This document shows positions 48,157 through 59,360 of a stretch of 64,000 nt of DNA, piece by piece; position 1 is the first letter of the stretch, and the number at the start of each line of letters is the position of its first letter. The stretch covers positions 73,805 through 137,804 of the forward strand of contig CAXXVK010000011.1 of NCBI GenBank assembly GCA_963676915.2, read 5' to 3'. Origin of the DNA: Myxococcota bacterium. Lineage in GTDB: Bacteria; Myxococcota_A; SURF-8; G963663525. The translations under genes were made by a program, and so were the position numbers. The notes under the pieces were generated by a model, which saw only the letters and a program-made list of their open reading frames with translations, was not told the origin of the DNA and did no database searches.

Positions 48157-50139
48157 TCATTCGGGAGGAAGAGTGGCAACGAATTCTTCGAACCGTGGAT
48201 CATGCCGGATGCGGTCGAAATCCTCGTCGTTGGCGATTCTTTTTTGTGTTAAGAAAATCTTTGAAACGCTTCTACATTTTTCCAGCCACTCGATAGATAT
48301 TTCCGTATCTCCTTTACATGCGAAAAGACATCCAAGGTTGTATAGTGCATGATAATAATCTGGATTGATTTTCAAAGCGGCAATGTATTTTTCGTAAGCC
48401 TCGTCCATCAACTTGTCCGCCTCTTCACCTTGTCTCGTTTTTGCCTTTTCGTTCAGAGTGAGACCCCAGTTGTAAAGCGTTTCGTGATTATCTGGCTTGA
48501 TTTGCAAAGCAGCTCTATATTTTTCGCAAACCTCTTCCCACAACTTGTCCGCCTCTTTTCCTTTTCGCGTTTTTGCTTTTTCGGACAGAGCATTGCCCCA
48601 ATTTATTAGTGCTTTGTACGTATCTGGCTTGATTTTTAAGGCAGCTTTATATTTTTCACATGCCTCTTCCCACAACTTATCCGCTTCTTCCGTTTTTCGT
48701 GTTTCTGACTTGTTGTACAGTGCAAGACCCCAGTTGTTTAGTATTTTGTGCATGTCTGGCTTGATTTTCAAAGCAGCTTTATATTTTTCGCAGGCATTGT
48801 CCCACAACTTGTCTGCCTCTTTTCCTTTTCGTGTTTTTGCTTTTTCGGACAGAGTGTTACCCCAGTTGTATAGCGCCTCGTGCATGTCTGGCTTAATTTT
48901 CAAAGCGGCATCATACTTTTTGCAAGCCTCATCCCACAATTTATCCGCCTCTTCCCCTTGTTGTGTTTTTGCCTTTTCGTGCAATTTGTTTCCCAAATCG
49001 ATTAAGGACCACGCGTACATTTCCTGTAACTCATCCGAAAGCGGTTGGGAGGCTGCTTGTAATATTTCCGTAACCTCTTTGTGGCGACCTTGGAAATACA
49101 GATTCGAGACGTTTTTAGTGAGTTGCTTTTCTTCTTTTTGGTGCTCTGATTCTTTCGGGCATTCCGGAGTGTTGTCGATCAGGCATTTTTTTGCCAATCG
49201 CAATTGATTTTTAGGTTTTTCTAACAGATCATAACCTGCTTTTTCGCCTTTTTCGGAATAAGGCTGGAACTGTTCCAGGATCGAGAGTTGGTGAGAAAAC
49301 GGATCGGCGATAAACGGAGGGAGGTCAAGCTGTAATTCCTGACATAGCTTATAAAAAAAGCTATCGGCATCGTAGCCTTCAACCCAATAGGCATGTTTTT
49401 CACGGTTTAATAATTTTTCCTGCACGACTGGAATGGGTTCCGAATCCCGGTATCCTACCCAATAGAGAGCATTGTTGAATTTTTTCCCTGCCAGATTCTC
49501 GAAAACCGGATCGTTATCACCGCTGTATCCAACCACCAGCCATGTGCGGCGTAATGAGGCATCCTCAAATGCTGGAGCCAGATCTTTGGCATGGTCTTTA
49601 ACATCCTCTTGGGTATGCAACTGAACGAAACCGCCATGTTGACCGTGCAGGAAGAAAACCGATGGATCGCAGACCAGATCGGCTTTGAAGCGGGTCGAGA
49701 TGGCTAGATCATACACCGAAGGAAAACAGTGATACAGTGACAATGCACGGAGGGTGAGGTTGTCGAAATTCGTGGTCAGAATTCTACCCACATATCCTTG
49801 ATCTACCAGATACCCGAGAAGAAGATGCGCCCAGTTCAATCTGGATTTGGCAACGTAATCCGCAATGAGATCGTACCGAGGGCCAGTATCCAATTCCCCC
49901 ATCAAATAAGGATAGGTAGGTTTTTCAGGGGCGGTTTTTTCCTGGGCGCGTCTGTAAGCACCCGGATCGTTGTCTTCAATCCATTTTTCAATGCCACTCG
50001 CCAAAGGAATTCCGGCAGAAAACGAGCAGCCTGCTCCGATCAGAACCGAGCAGGGGACTTTTCGGTCTCTACCACGTCTCAGTGATACCGCAACGTCGGA
50101 AATAGTACGTTTGATGTCATTTTTCATAGATTGTTTCAT
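48157..50139 (-). CDS. SIR2-like domain protein with TPR repeats
   Basis: VLIGAGCSFSAGIP, ILTTNFDNL, FLHGQH, VVGYSGDND; five 44-aa TPR-like repeats; C-terminal YNLGC..DEDFDRIRHDPRF cap. Confidence 0.87.
   Translation of the reverse strand: MKQSMKNDIKRTISDVAVSLRRGRDRKVPCSVLIGAGCSFSAGIPLASGIEKWIEDNDPGAYRRAQEKTAPEKPTYPYLMGELDTGPRYDLIADYVAKSRLNWAHLLLGYLVDQGYVGRILTTNFDNLTLRALSLYHCFPSVYDLAISTRFKADLVCDPSVFFLHGQHGGFVQLHTQEDVKDHAKDLAPAFEDASLRRTWLVVGYSGDNDPVFENLAGKKFNNALYWVGYRDSEPIPVVQEKLLNREKHAYWVEGYDADSFFYKLCQELQLDLPPFIADPFSHQLSILEQFQPYSEKGEKAGYDLLEKPKNQLRLAKKCLIDNTPECPKESEHQKEEKQLTKNVSNLYFQGRHKEVTEILQAASQPLSDELQEMYAWSLIDLGNKLHEKAKTQQGEEADKLWDEACKKYDAALKIKPDMHEALYNWGNTLSEKAKTRKGKEADKLWDNACEKYKAALKIKPDMHKILNNWGLALYNKSETRKTEEADKLWEEACEKYKAALKIKPDTYKALINWGNALSEKAKTRKGKEADKLWEEVCEKYRAALQIKPDNHETLYNWGLTLNEKAKTRQGEEADKLMDEAYEKYIAALKINPDYYHALYNLGCLFACKGDTEISIEWLEKCRSVSKIFLTQKRIANDEDFDRIRHDPRFEEFVATLPPE
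48334..48993 (-). repeat. Five tandem 132-bp intragenic repeats (44-aa TPR units)
   Basis: Recurring KAKTRxGxEADKLWxxACEKYxAALKIKPDxHxxLxNW, also visible at DNA level. Confidence 0.9.
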
Positions 50140-50539
50140 GAGCTTGGAGTCCTCGAAAAACGTGTGTCCTATTTGTAGGGTATTGTAGATAGTGTAACCA
50201 TTAATATTAGTATATTTTATCATATGTTTATGCAACCAATATTCGGTTGAAGTTCTTGTTTTTTGTCAAAATCAGGTGTTCTGGAATAATTAGCATAATC
50301 AACCTGGCCGATCTGATTCTAATCCTTTGTGGCCAAAGTAGCTTTTTCGTCATTTAGAGGACGAACAATCTCCACCGACCCCCGGTTTTCAACCCCCCAT
50401 TGCATTGCAAAGATCCCGAATTATTTTTTCTCTGAAAGGACGTGAATCTCGGACGCCTTTCGAGGTGCCGGCCACAGAATGGGTAAGTGGCCGGTATGGT
50501 TCAGGAAAACAATGGATTTCTACGGGAGGAAACGATTTC

Positions 50540-53146
50540 ATGGACCTGAACAGATGTACGGTAAAATGTCAGGAAGCGCTTCAGGAAGCCCAGACCAAGG
50601 CCGTGATCCACAATCATCAGGAAGTCGATGGCGAGCATTTTCTTTCGGCGCTTCTGGAGCAATCGGATGGGCTGGCTCCGCGACTGCTGCAACGCATGGA
50701 AATTCCCGTCGAAGCGTTCAAAGAACGACTCGATCGGATTTTGGGCGATAAACCGCAGGTCAGCGGTCCGGGAACGGAACCGGGAAAAGTCTACATCACG
50801 CAACGTTTGAACAAACTGCTCGTTCAAGCGCAAAACGAAGCCAAAAAACTCAAAGACGAGTACATTTCCGTCGAACATGTGATGCTGGCTTTCATCGACG
50901 AGGGAAAAAGCACTCCCACCGGAAAACTTTTGCACGAATTCCATGTAACGCGTGATCGTCTGCTGAAGACGCTGACTTCGATACGCGGGCATCAGCGCGT
51001 GACCAGCGCCGATCCAGAAGGTACCTACGAGGCGTTGCGAAAATACGGGCGGGATCTCGTTGAAGAAGCCCGCTCCGGCAAGCTCGATCCGGTCATTGGT
51101 CGGGACGACGAAATCCGCCGGACGATTCGTATTCTGTCGCGTAAAACCAAGAACAACCCGGTGCTGATCGGTGATCCCGGTGTGGGAAAAACCGCGATCG
51201 TGGAAGGTCTGGCCCATCGGATCGTTCGGCAGGACGTTCCCGAAGGTCTCAAAGATAAAACGATTTTCGCTTTGGACATGGGTTCTCTTGTGGCAGGAGC
51301 CAAATATCGCGGTGAGTTCGAAGAACGCCTGAAAGCCATTTTGCAGGAAATTCGGGAATCGCAGGGACGCATCCTGCTGTTTATCGACGAGTTGCATACC
51401 ATCGTCGGTGCGGGAAAAACCGAAGGTTCGATGGATGCCGGAAATATGCTCAAACCCATGCTTGCTCGTGGAGAGTTGCATTGCCTCGGCGCCACGACCC
51501 TCGATGAATATCGGAAATACATCGAGAAAGACAAAGCCCTGGAGAGGCGTTTTCAACCTGTGGTGGTGGAAGAACCCACCGTCGAGGATACCATTTCCAT
51601 TCTGCGGGGACTCAAGGAGCGCTACGAGATTCATCACGGCGTACGGATACAGGATAGCGCGCTCGTTGCCTCGGCGATGTTGTCCAACCGCTATGTGAAC
51701 GATCGATTCCTGCCGGACAAAGCCATTGATCTGATCGACGAAGCCTGCGCGACCATCCGCACGGAAATCGACTCCATGCCCACACAACTCGACGACGTAT
51801 CGCGTCGGATCATGCAGTTGGAAATCGAAGAAGCGGCATTGAAAAAAGAAAAGGACCGCGCCAGCAAGGAGCGGCTCGATAGCTTGAGAAAAGACCTGGC
51901 GAATCTGCGTACCGAAGCCGACGCCATGCGCGCCCAGTGGGAGAACGAAAAGCAGGCGATTCAGGATGTCCAGACCTTGCGGGAAGAACTGGAACAGGTT
52001 CGGCACGATATCGAAATTGCCGAGAGGGATTACGATCTCAATCGGGCGGCGGAGTTGCGACACGGAAGACTCCCGGCACTGGAGCAACGTCTCAAGCAGG
52101 AAGAGGAGTTGTTTTCGAAAAACCAGGTCGGGGACCGTCTGTTGCGGGAAGAGGTTACGGAAGAAGAGATCGGCGAAACGGTGTCTCGCTGGACCGGGAT
52201 TCCCGTCTCGCGATTGATGGAAGGCGAGCGGCAAAAAATCCTCAAACTCGATCAAATTCTGCACGAGCGTGTAATCGGACAGGATGAAGCGGTTCAACTC
52301 GTCGCCGATGCGGTGATCCGCGCCCGTTCCGGGATCAAAGATCCGAGGCGGCCTATCGGAACGTTCATTTTCCTGGGACCGACCGGCGTGGGTAAAACCG
52401 AACTGGCCAAGACGCTGGCGCATTCGCTGTTCGACTCCGAGGACAACATGGTTCGCATCGACATGAGCGAATACATGGAGAAACACACCGTAGCTCGTCT
52501 GCTCGGCGCGCCTCCCGGCTACGTGGGATTCGAAGAGGGGGGTCAACTGACCGAGGCCGTGCGTCGCAAACCCTACGCCGTGATTCTGTTCGACGAAATC
52601 GAAAAAGCCCATCACGACGTGTTCAACGTCTTGCTTCAGATTTTCGATGACGGCAGGCTCACCGACGGTCAGGGGCGGACGGTTGATTTCAAAAACACGG
52701 TCATCATCATGACCAGCAACATCGGTTCACACGCACTGTTGGAGGGTATCGACGCCAACGGTGGACTGCGTGATGCTGCCAGAGATCGTGTAATGGGAGA
52801 ATTGCGTGGGTACTTCCGACCGGAATTTCTTAACCGGGTGGATGACATCGTGCTGTTCAAACCTCTGACGCTGGAGGAAGTCGAGCAGATTGTGGGGTTG
52901 TTGACCGAGGATCTGGCTCGAAGGCTGGAGGATCGGCGCATCCGCATCGATATCACCGAAGAAGCACGGCGTTTTATAGCCGAAGCGGGATACGACCCCG
53001 TCTATGGTGCGCGGCCATTGCGTCGTTATCTCCAACGAGAGTTGGAAACCCGCATCGGGCGGGCGTTGCTTACCGGAGAGGTTTCCGACGGCTCCACACT
53101 GCGTATCACGGTAAAGGGCAGAGAGTTGGACGTTGCGTATGGATGA
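50540..53146 (+). CDS. clpB: Chaperone/disaggregase ClpB
   Basis: GGAGG RBS; [16 protein letters not shown], coiled-coil M domain (AAELRHG), [23 protein letters not shown]. Confidence 0.97.
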   Translation: MDLNRCTVKCQEALQEAQTKAVIHNHQEVDGEHFLSALLEQSDGLAPRLLQRMEIPVEAFKERLDRILGDKPQVSGPGTEPGKVYITQRLNKLLVQAQNEAKKLKDEYISVEHVMLAFIDEGKSTPTGKLLHEFHVTRDRLLKTLTSIRGHQRVTSADPEGTYEALRKYGRDLVEEARSGKLDPVIGRDDEIRRTIRILSRKTKNNPVLIGDPGVGKTAIVEGLAHRIVRQDVPEGLKDKTIFALDMGSLVAGAKYRGEFEERLKAILQEIRESQGRILLFIDELHTIVGAGKTEGSMDAGNMLKPMLARGELHCLGATTLDEYRKYIEKDKALERRFQPVVVEEPTVEDTISILRGLKERYEIHHGVRIQDSALVASAMLSNRYVNDRFLPDKAIDLIDEACATIRTEIDSMPTQLDDVSRRIMQLEIEEAALKKEKDRASKERLDSLRKDLANLRTEADAMRAQWENEKQAIQDVQTLREELEQVRHDIEIAERDYDLNRAAELRHGRLPALEQRLKQEEELFSKNQVGDRLLREEVTEEEIGETVSRWTGIPVSRLMEGERQKILKLDQILHERVIGQDEAVQLVADAVIRARSGIKDPRRPIGTFIFLGPTGVGKTELAKTLAHSLFDSEDNMVRIDMSEYMEKHTVARLLGAPPGYVGFEEGGQLTEAVRRKPYAVILFDEIEKAHHDVFNVLLQIFDDGRLTDGQGRTVDFKNTVIIMTSNIGSHALLEGIDANGGLRDAARDRVMGELRGYFRPEFLNRVDDIVLFKPLTLEEVEQIVGLLTEDLARRLEDRRIRIDITEEARRFIAEAGYDPVYGARPLRRYLQRELETRIGRALLTGEVSDGSTLRITVKGRELDVAYG

Positions 53147-53149
53147 TCG

Positions 53150-53183
53150 AAAAAAAGAGCAGGCGTGCTGCCTGCTCTTTTTC
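53150..53183. terminator. Bidirectional terminator
   Basis: AAAAAGAGCAGGC/GCCTGCTCTTTTT between convergent genes. Confidence 0.85.
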
Positions 53184-53212
53184 AATGATTTCAGATTTTT
53201 TTTCGGCTGAGA

Positions 53213-53785
53213 TCAGAACCAGAAACTCACGCCACCCACGAGATTGATGAACTGCGGGTTGCCTTCTCCGGTGGATACGAGCACTTTGTACTGGGATTGC
53301 AGAAACAGATCGATGTTGGGGAAAGCCCGGTAGCCGAAGCCGAACAAGCCGCCGAAATGCGGAAGAATGACGTTGTCTGGTTTGAATTTACCGTTGGACA
53401 TACCCAACGTAGCCGCGAAAAACACCCGCCAGTAATCTATGGGTACCACGAACTTGAAGTTCATCGACAAATCGGTGATGCCGGTGATGTCGTATTTGAG
53501 TTTTCCGTCCGATGTTGCGACTTTCTTGCTACGTACCAGGCGATAGATGTTGGCCTGTGGCGTGACGTAAAACGTTGAAATGATGGGAATATCAACGAAG
53601 AAACCCCAGGACTCCGTAATATTGTAGCGGTCGTGAAGGGGAAAATGCGCACCGGCATAGGCGCTCACTCCGGCTTGTCGATCTGAAACGGGTCGTTCGT
53701 CGGGAATTTCATCGGCCCAGGAGATCTGAGGCAGAAGGAGAAACAGTGCCACGATCCACCCGCCGGTTTTCGTCCAACGCTTCAT
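53213..53785 (-). CDS. Small outer-membrane beta-barrel-like protein
   Basis: Signal peptide ending SWA; alternating amphipathic strands; C-terminal GVSFWF. Confidence 0.7.
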   Translation of the reverse strand: MKRWTKTGGWIVALFLLLPQISWADEIPDERPVSDRQAGVSAYAGAHFPLHDRYNITESWGFFVDIPIISTFYVTPQANIYRLVRSKKVATSDGKLKYDITGITDLSMNFKFVVPIDYWRVFFAATLGMSNGKFKPDNVILPHFGGLFGFGYRAFPNIDLFLQSQYKVLVSTGEGNPQFINLVGGVSFWF

Positions 53786-54292
53786 CGTTGCGTTCCTTTC
53801 GGTCTTTATCCCGCGATGGTTTACACGAGATGTATGGATTCGGTTAATTTACACTGAAAATATTTTATGCGATTGGGACGAGAAAGTCAAACTTCGGTCG
53901 TTTCGTGCCGGGCGATTCAATTTTTGAATGATTTACCCCATTCAAGTGCTTTCGGGGTGGCACGGTCTTTCACCGTGAGGTGAATGGCCGTGAAATTACG
54001 AAAAATCCGGGCCATCGATCCGTTCCGGATCGAAGACCCGGGCACCCATTCCTGGATTTATAGAGTTAGATTTGTACCGAATCAAGAACTGAATCACCCT
54101 GCGTTTCGTGCCGCAAAAGAAAATCTTCGGTTGAAAACGACGAAGTGGAGCCGAAGGACAAAAAACGGCTTCGGTTCGGACATTATCGGTAAAGAGTCTG
54201 GCTTTTGGCTCCTCATTGGTGTAAAAGTATACGGGTAGTGAGTGTATTTGGGGGGATTGGCAGGCATTCAGCAGGAAAGCCGAGGCATAGGG

Positions 54293-55314
54293 ATGCAGGA
54301 AAAACTTGACCAATTGCGTGCGGAAGCCCTGGACGCCGTAAAGGCGGCGGGTTCCAAAGAAGCCCTCGAAGAACTTCGGGTAGGCTACCTTGGACGAAAA
54401 GGCGAGATTACGGCGCTTTCCAAGCAAATCAAGAACGTACCACCGGAAAATCGTCGCGAGTTCGGTCAGGCGGTCAACGAGCTGAAAAACAACGTCGCGA
54501 AGGCTATTGAAAATCGACTTGGCGATTTGAAAAAAGGTCGTTTCGACGCTATCGAGGAAATCGAGCGCATCGACGTAACCTTGCCGGGTTTGAATCCGCC
54601 GAGGGGACATTTGCACCCTCTGACGCAGATTCAAAGTGAATTGGAGGATATCTTTTCGTCGATGGGATTTTCCATTCTGGATGGTCCCGAGTTGGAAACC
54701 GACGAGAATAACTTCGAAAAAACTAAATATTCCGGGCGACCATCCCGCCCGCGACATGCAGGGACACCTTCTGGACCAAAGACGGAAACCTGCTTCGAAC
54801 CCACACCTCTCCGATTCAGATTCGTGGTATGGCCAAAATGAAACCGCCGCTACGGATCGTCGGTCCAGGGCGTGTGTTCCGGTACGAAAATATCGACGCC
54901 AGCCACGAGCATACGTTTTATCAGATGGAAGGGTTGATGGTCGATCGGGACATTTCCGTGGCTCATCTGATTCACTTCATGCGTACGCTATTGGCCGAGA
55001 TTTTTCAGGGAGAGGTCAACGTTCGCCTGCGTCCCGGCTATTTCCCCTTCGTGGAACCCGGTTTCGAGTTGGATTTCAATTGCCGGATCTGCGGTGGCAA
55101 GGGATGTTCTACTTGCAAGCACACCGGTTGGGTCGAATTGATTCCCTGCGGACTCGTTCACCCCAACGTGTTGCGAATGAGCGGTATCGATTCGGACAAA
55201 TGGTCCGGTTTCGCTTTCGGTCTGGGATTGTCCAGGCTCGTGATGATGCGTTACGGCATCGACGATATTCGGCACCAGCTTTCGGGAGATTTGCGCTTCA
55301 CCGAACAGTTCTGA
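54293..55314 (+). CDS. pheS: Phenylalanine--tRNA ligase alpha subunit (two apparent +1 frameshifts at ~54720 and ~54762)
   Basis: GHLHP, HPARDMQ(D)[39 protein letters not shown]. Confidence 0.95.
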
Positions 55315-55392
55315 CGGTCGTTAACAGGAATACGGACGGCTTCGATATCCCGATCCTTCTTTCGTTCGGGACGTTCGCCGGAGGAAACAGGC

Positions 55393-57858
55393 ATGTATAT
55401 TTCGAAAAACTGGATCAACGATTTCGTAAACAGCGACGTTCTTTCACCGGAAAATCTGTCGCTCAAACTGACGATGGCCACGGCGGAAGTCGAAAAAACG
55501 GAAAAGATCGGCGGGCGGTGGTTCAACCAGGTGAAATCAGCGCTTGTCGAGGAGGTCAAACCTCACCCCAATGCCGACAAACTGCGGCTGGCGGTGGTGT
55601 TCGATGGCACGAACCGGTATGAAGTGGTTTGCGGCGCTCCGAATCTGGAAAAAGACCAGATCGTGCTCTTCGCTCCCATTGGCACGGCGTTACCGGGCGG
55701 AAACCTGACAAAATGCGAGATTCGTGGCGTAGAATCCTCCGGGATGATCTGCGCCGAAGATGAATTGGGGATCGGCATCGATCACACGGGAATTATCGTG
55801 CTGCCTGAATCGACTCCTTTGGGTTCGACCTTGGAAGAGTTGATCGGCGCGCCCGATACCGTCATCGAAATCGACAACAAATCCCTCACGCATCGACCTG
55901 ATCTGTGGGGACATCGGGGGATCGCCCGAGAAGTTGCGGCGTTTCTAGGTCAACCGCTGCATCTGCCGCAACCTACGCCGGAAGAACCCCAGGTCAAGAA
56001 ACTCGACCCATTGAGCATTGAAATCGAGTGCCCCGATTTATGTCCCCGTTATTCGGCTATCGTCGTGGACAACCTGAGTGTGCGTCCCTCTCCTCCCTGG
56101 ATGCAACAGCGCCTTCGCGCCGTGGGACTGCGACCGATCAACAACCTTGTGGATGTAACCAATTATATCCTGATGGAATACGGCCAGCCGATGCACGCTT
56201 TCGATCGTCGAATGATCGAAGGCGATCTGATTCTGGTACGTCGTGCGGATAGCGACGAGCATTTCGTCACGTTGGACGGCAATCCTCAAACATTGAAGAA
56301 TACCTCCGTGGTGATCGCCGACCGGCGCAAAGCCGTGGCTTTGGGTGGCGTGATGGGTGGACGGAACTCCGAAGTGCTCGACGATACCTCTTGTGTCGTC
56401 TTGGAATCGGCCAATTTCGACGCCGCCTGCATTCGTCGCACGGCGAACCGTCACAACCTGCGTACGGACTCCGCCGTTCGTTTTGAAAAAGGGCAAGATC
56501 CCTGCAACACGGTTCCCACGCTCTGGCGTGCGTTGGAACTGCTTCGTTTGACCTGCCCCGAGGCTCGGTTGGTGTCCAATCTGATCGATGCCTGGCCGAA
56601 TCCCCCGAAAACGGTTGAAGTTCAGACGGATTACGCCGTGATTCGCAAGCGCCTGGGGGTGGATATCTCGAACCGGAAAATCACCGATATTCTCGAAAGC
56701 CTTGGGTTCGAACTGTCGTTCAAAGGCAAAGACAAAGCCACCGTTCGGGTGCCGAGTTGGCGATCGACGGGAGATATCGGTATCGAAGCCGATCTCGTCG
56801 AGGAAATCGGTCGCATGTACGGCTATGACAACATCACTCCCGTAGCGCCTACCGCGATTTCCCAACCCCCGGTTGCAAACCAGGAACGGCTCTTCGAGCG
56901 AAAAACGAAAACCATCTGGTCGCTGGAATTGGGATATTCCGAGGTGGCGAACTACTCGTTCTCCGGGAAAAAGCTCAATGAAATGGCTGGATTGGGCGGT
57001 TTGCAGAGCGTGAAGCTTAAAAATCCCGTCAGCGTGGAGTACGACCGGATGCGTACGAGCCTCATTCCACACGTGCTGCGGAACGTTCGGGAAAACCTCA
57101 GATATTACGAGCAATTCAAGCTGTACGAGATCGGCCGCAGCTACCATCCCGAAATCACTACGGATGACGGTCTTGCGGCGGAACGTCGCTGGCTCGTGGC
57201 GGCACAGGCCGGCGATTGGGCGCATTGGCTCAATCAGAAAAGCGAGAACCTCGTCCGGCATCTGGCGGTCGATGACAACGAAGCCAAGGCGTTGGGACCG
57301 TTTTTAGCGGCCAAAGTCGATATGACCAACTACCTCAAGCGTATCGCCAATTTCGATATTGCCTGGCGACGCCTTCCCGAACCTCCGCCTTTCGCCCATC
57401 CCGGACGACAGGTACAAGCGCTGCTCGGTGGAAAAGGTGTGGCTTTCGTTTGCGAAGTGCATCCGAAGGTGTTGGAGAATTTCGAGATCGATTGCCCGGT
57501 GGAGTTGATCGTCATCGAGTTGGATACGCTGTTCGCTCGTACCTCGAAAGCCAAAGTTTTCAAGCCGTTGCGACGTTATCCCGTTCACGAATTCGAGTTG
57601 ACGGTGGATATCGGCCGCGACCGGGACAGCCTAAAAGTGGAGGAAACCATCCAACGTTCGTTGGGAGCGCATTTCGTTTCCTGCCGCTTGATGTACCTGT
57701 ATGCCGGAGAAAAACTCGAACCGGGCAAAAAGGCGGTGACGTACACCATCGCTGTCGGGGCGGACGATCACACCCTCTCCCCGAAGGAAATCACCCGTCT
57801 TCGCGACAAGATGTTCAACGGATTGAAGAAAAGCGGAATGATCGTCCGTGGGGCTTGA
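55393..57858 (+). CDS. pheT: Phenylalanine--tRNA ligase beta subunit
   Basis: HPNADKL, VCGAPN, RGVESSGMIC, RPINNLVDVTNY, GQPMHAFD, DLVEEIGRMYGY, LKNP, MRTSL. Confidence 0.97.
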   Translation: MYISKNWINDFVNSDVLSPENLSLKLTMATAEVEKTEKIGGRWFNQVKSALVEEVKPHPNADKLRLAVVFDGTNRYEVVCGAPNLEKDQIVLFAPIGTALPGGNLTKCEIRGVESSGMICAEDELGIGIDHTGIIVLPESTPLGSTLEELIGAPDTVIEIDNKSLTHRPDLWGHRGIAREVAAFLGQPLHLPQPTPEEPQVKKLDPLSIEIECPDLCPRYSAIVVDNLSVRPSPPWMQQRLRAVGLRPINNLVDVTNYILMEYGQPMHAFDRRMIEGDLILVRRADSDEHFVTLDGNPQTLKNTSVVIADRRKAVALGGVMGGRNSEVLDDTSCVVLESANFDAACIRRTANRHNLRTDSAVRFEKGQDPCNTVPTLWRALELLRLTCPEARLVSNLIDAWPNPPKTVEVQTDYAVIRKRLGVDISNRKITDILESLGFELSFKGKDKATVRVPSWRSTGDIGIEADLVEEIGRMYGYDNITPVAPTAISQPPVANQERLFERKTKTIWSLELGYSEVANYSFSGKKLNEMAGLGGLQSVKLKNPVSVEYDRMRTSLIPHVLRNVRENLRYYEQFKLYEIGRSYHPEITTDDGLAAERRWLVAAQAGDWAHWLNQKSENLVRHLAVDDNEAKALGPFLAAKVDMTNYLKRIANFDIAWRRLPEPPPFAHPGRQVQALLGGKGVAFVCEVHPKVLENFEIDCPVELIVIELDTLFARTSKAKVFKPLRRYPVHEFELTVDIGRDRDSLKVEETIQRSLGAHFVSCRLMYLYAGEKLEPGKKAVTYTIAVGADDHTLSPKEITRLRDKMFNGLKKSGMIVRGA

Positions 57859-57871
57859 TTTCCAGATTTAC

Positions 57872-57904
57872 CGGTCGGGTAAATTTCTTGCCCGACACTT
57901 TTTT
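57872..57904 (+). terminator. Terminator after pheT
   Basis: GTCGGGTAA/TTGCCCGAC stem (one G-U pair) followed by ACTTTTTT. Confidence 0.6.
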
Positions 57905-57921
57905 CTACTTGATTGTTTCGA

Positions 57922-59326
57922 TTATTCCTGAGTTGCCAAAAGATCCTCGCCCATGGCGATTCGCAAGGCAGCGTGGTTTTCGCGGATTTTCATCTCGGCA
58001 ACGATCCAATCGTTTTCGGCTTTCAGTGCCAGCGTTTGTGCTTGGAGCAGGTCGGCGGTCGTGGTTTGTTGCACGTCGTGCCGGATTTGCTCGATGCGCA
58101 GGTTTTCCCGCGCTTCTTCCAGTTGCGCTTTCGCGACATCCATCGACTTCTTCGCCTCGTCCAGATCTAGGCGTCGGGCTTCGACATCGAGACGAATTTG
58201 ATCTTCTCCACCCTGGATGCGGATTTTCGTTTGTTGTTCTCGGATCTTGGCCTGTTTCAGCTTGTAATACGTCGCTCCCCATTCCCAGACGTTCCACTCC
58301 AGTACCAGTCCGCCGAAATATTGGTGGCGTGGCTGCATGGCCCCCATGCCGTCGGCGAATTCGTAACGGAAAATGGCGTTCAATTCCGGTAACATATCGG
58401 CGGTGGCGACATGCTTTCCGAAATACGCGGCGTCGAGCATCAACCGTGCGGATTGCAATTCCGGACGGTCGAAGATCGCCTGCGCCTGGGCATCTTCGAG
58501 AGGTGTTTGCTCTTTTTGCGAGGTCAGGTCTTCGAGACCGTCCAGGACCGGTTCCAGCGGGTCGTGGATGTCCCGATGCATGTAGACATTCAAAGCCGCT
58601 TTGGCAAGATCGATTCCTTTTTGGGCCAAAAACGCACCTTTTTGAATTTCCGCACGTTGTACCTTGATCTTCAGCAGGGCGTTGCGTTCGACCAGATCAG
58701 CGGCCATCAAAGCGTTGACTTTTTCTTCGTAGACATCTACCTGATTCAGTCCGGCATGGGCTGTTTCGAGCATCCGGCGGGCGGTCAATAGACCGAGATA
58801 AGCCCGAGTGACCTCCATTTGCAATTTGCGAACGCCAGTCAGGCGGTTCTTGTTGGCGGCATTCATTTGAGCCTGGGTAGCTTTGTATCCGCTGTAGACT
58901 TTGTAAATCTGCACGAGGGGTTGGGCGACGGTTACCGTAGAGGTGAACGTCAATTGGTCGTGCAAGGTAAACGACATGTTTTTCGGGATATTGCACATCG
59001 CCCATCATCGCCTGTACGCCTTCAGGTAGTCCGGCGAACATTTCCTGCAAAAACGACAGGTCGAAGTTCATCAGAGATTCATCGTCCCAGACCAGGAACT
59101 TTGCATCGGTTTGAACCACCGGTAAAAAGCGTCCCCGAATGCTTTTGCGCTCCATGTCGAGCATTTCGGTTTCCTGATCGAGTACGCGAACCTCGGGGTT
59201 GTTGGCAATCGCCTGCTCCAGGCAATCTTGCAGCGTCATCGTTTCGGCGGTAGCGAACGAAGGAAGGCTGACGATCAGCCAAATCCAAAAGAACGGTAAC
59301 GTCCGTTTCCAAAACGTCGGTTTCAT
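57922..59326 (-). CDS. TolC-family outer membrane efflux protein (frameshift ~59000)
   Basis: Signal peptide, MTLQDCLEQAIANNP, FLP, VAQPL, RPEL, WNVWEWG, ARENL..DLLQAQ. Confidence 0.88.
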
Positions 59327-59360
59327 GCTCAATCTCCGAAAATCTTTTGTTTTCAGTGTG

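Noticed and set aside
48334-48993. Repeat array as possible CRISPR
   Set aside because: Units are 132 bp, in frame, contiguous and protein-coding, with no repeat-spacer structure or cas genes.
50285-50405. CIRCE or sigma32 element upstream of clpB
   Set aside because: Only TTAGCA and an isolated CCCCAT are present; the second CIRCE arm and a properly spaced -35 are missing.
50501-52615. 704-aa antisense ORF over clpB, and similar long antisense ORFs (116-610, 14861-16639, 34270-35181, 56038-57261)
   Set aside because: Shadow frames opposite conserved genes with biased codon usage; no motifs of their own.
53955-53980. GGGGTGGCACGG as a T-box or sigma54 -24/-12 promoter
   Set aside because: It lacks the ACC-GCG continuation and following terminator of a T-box, and has TTCA instead of TTGC at -12.
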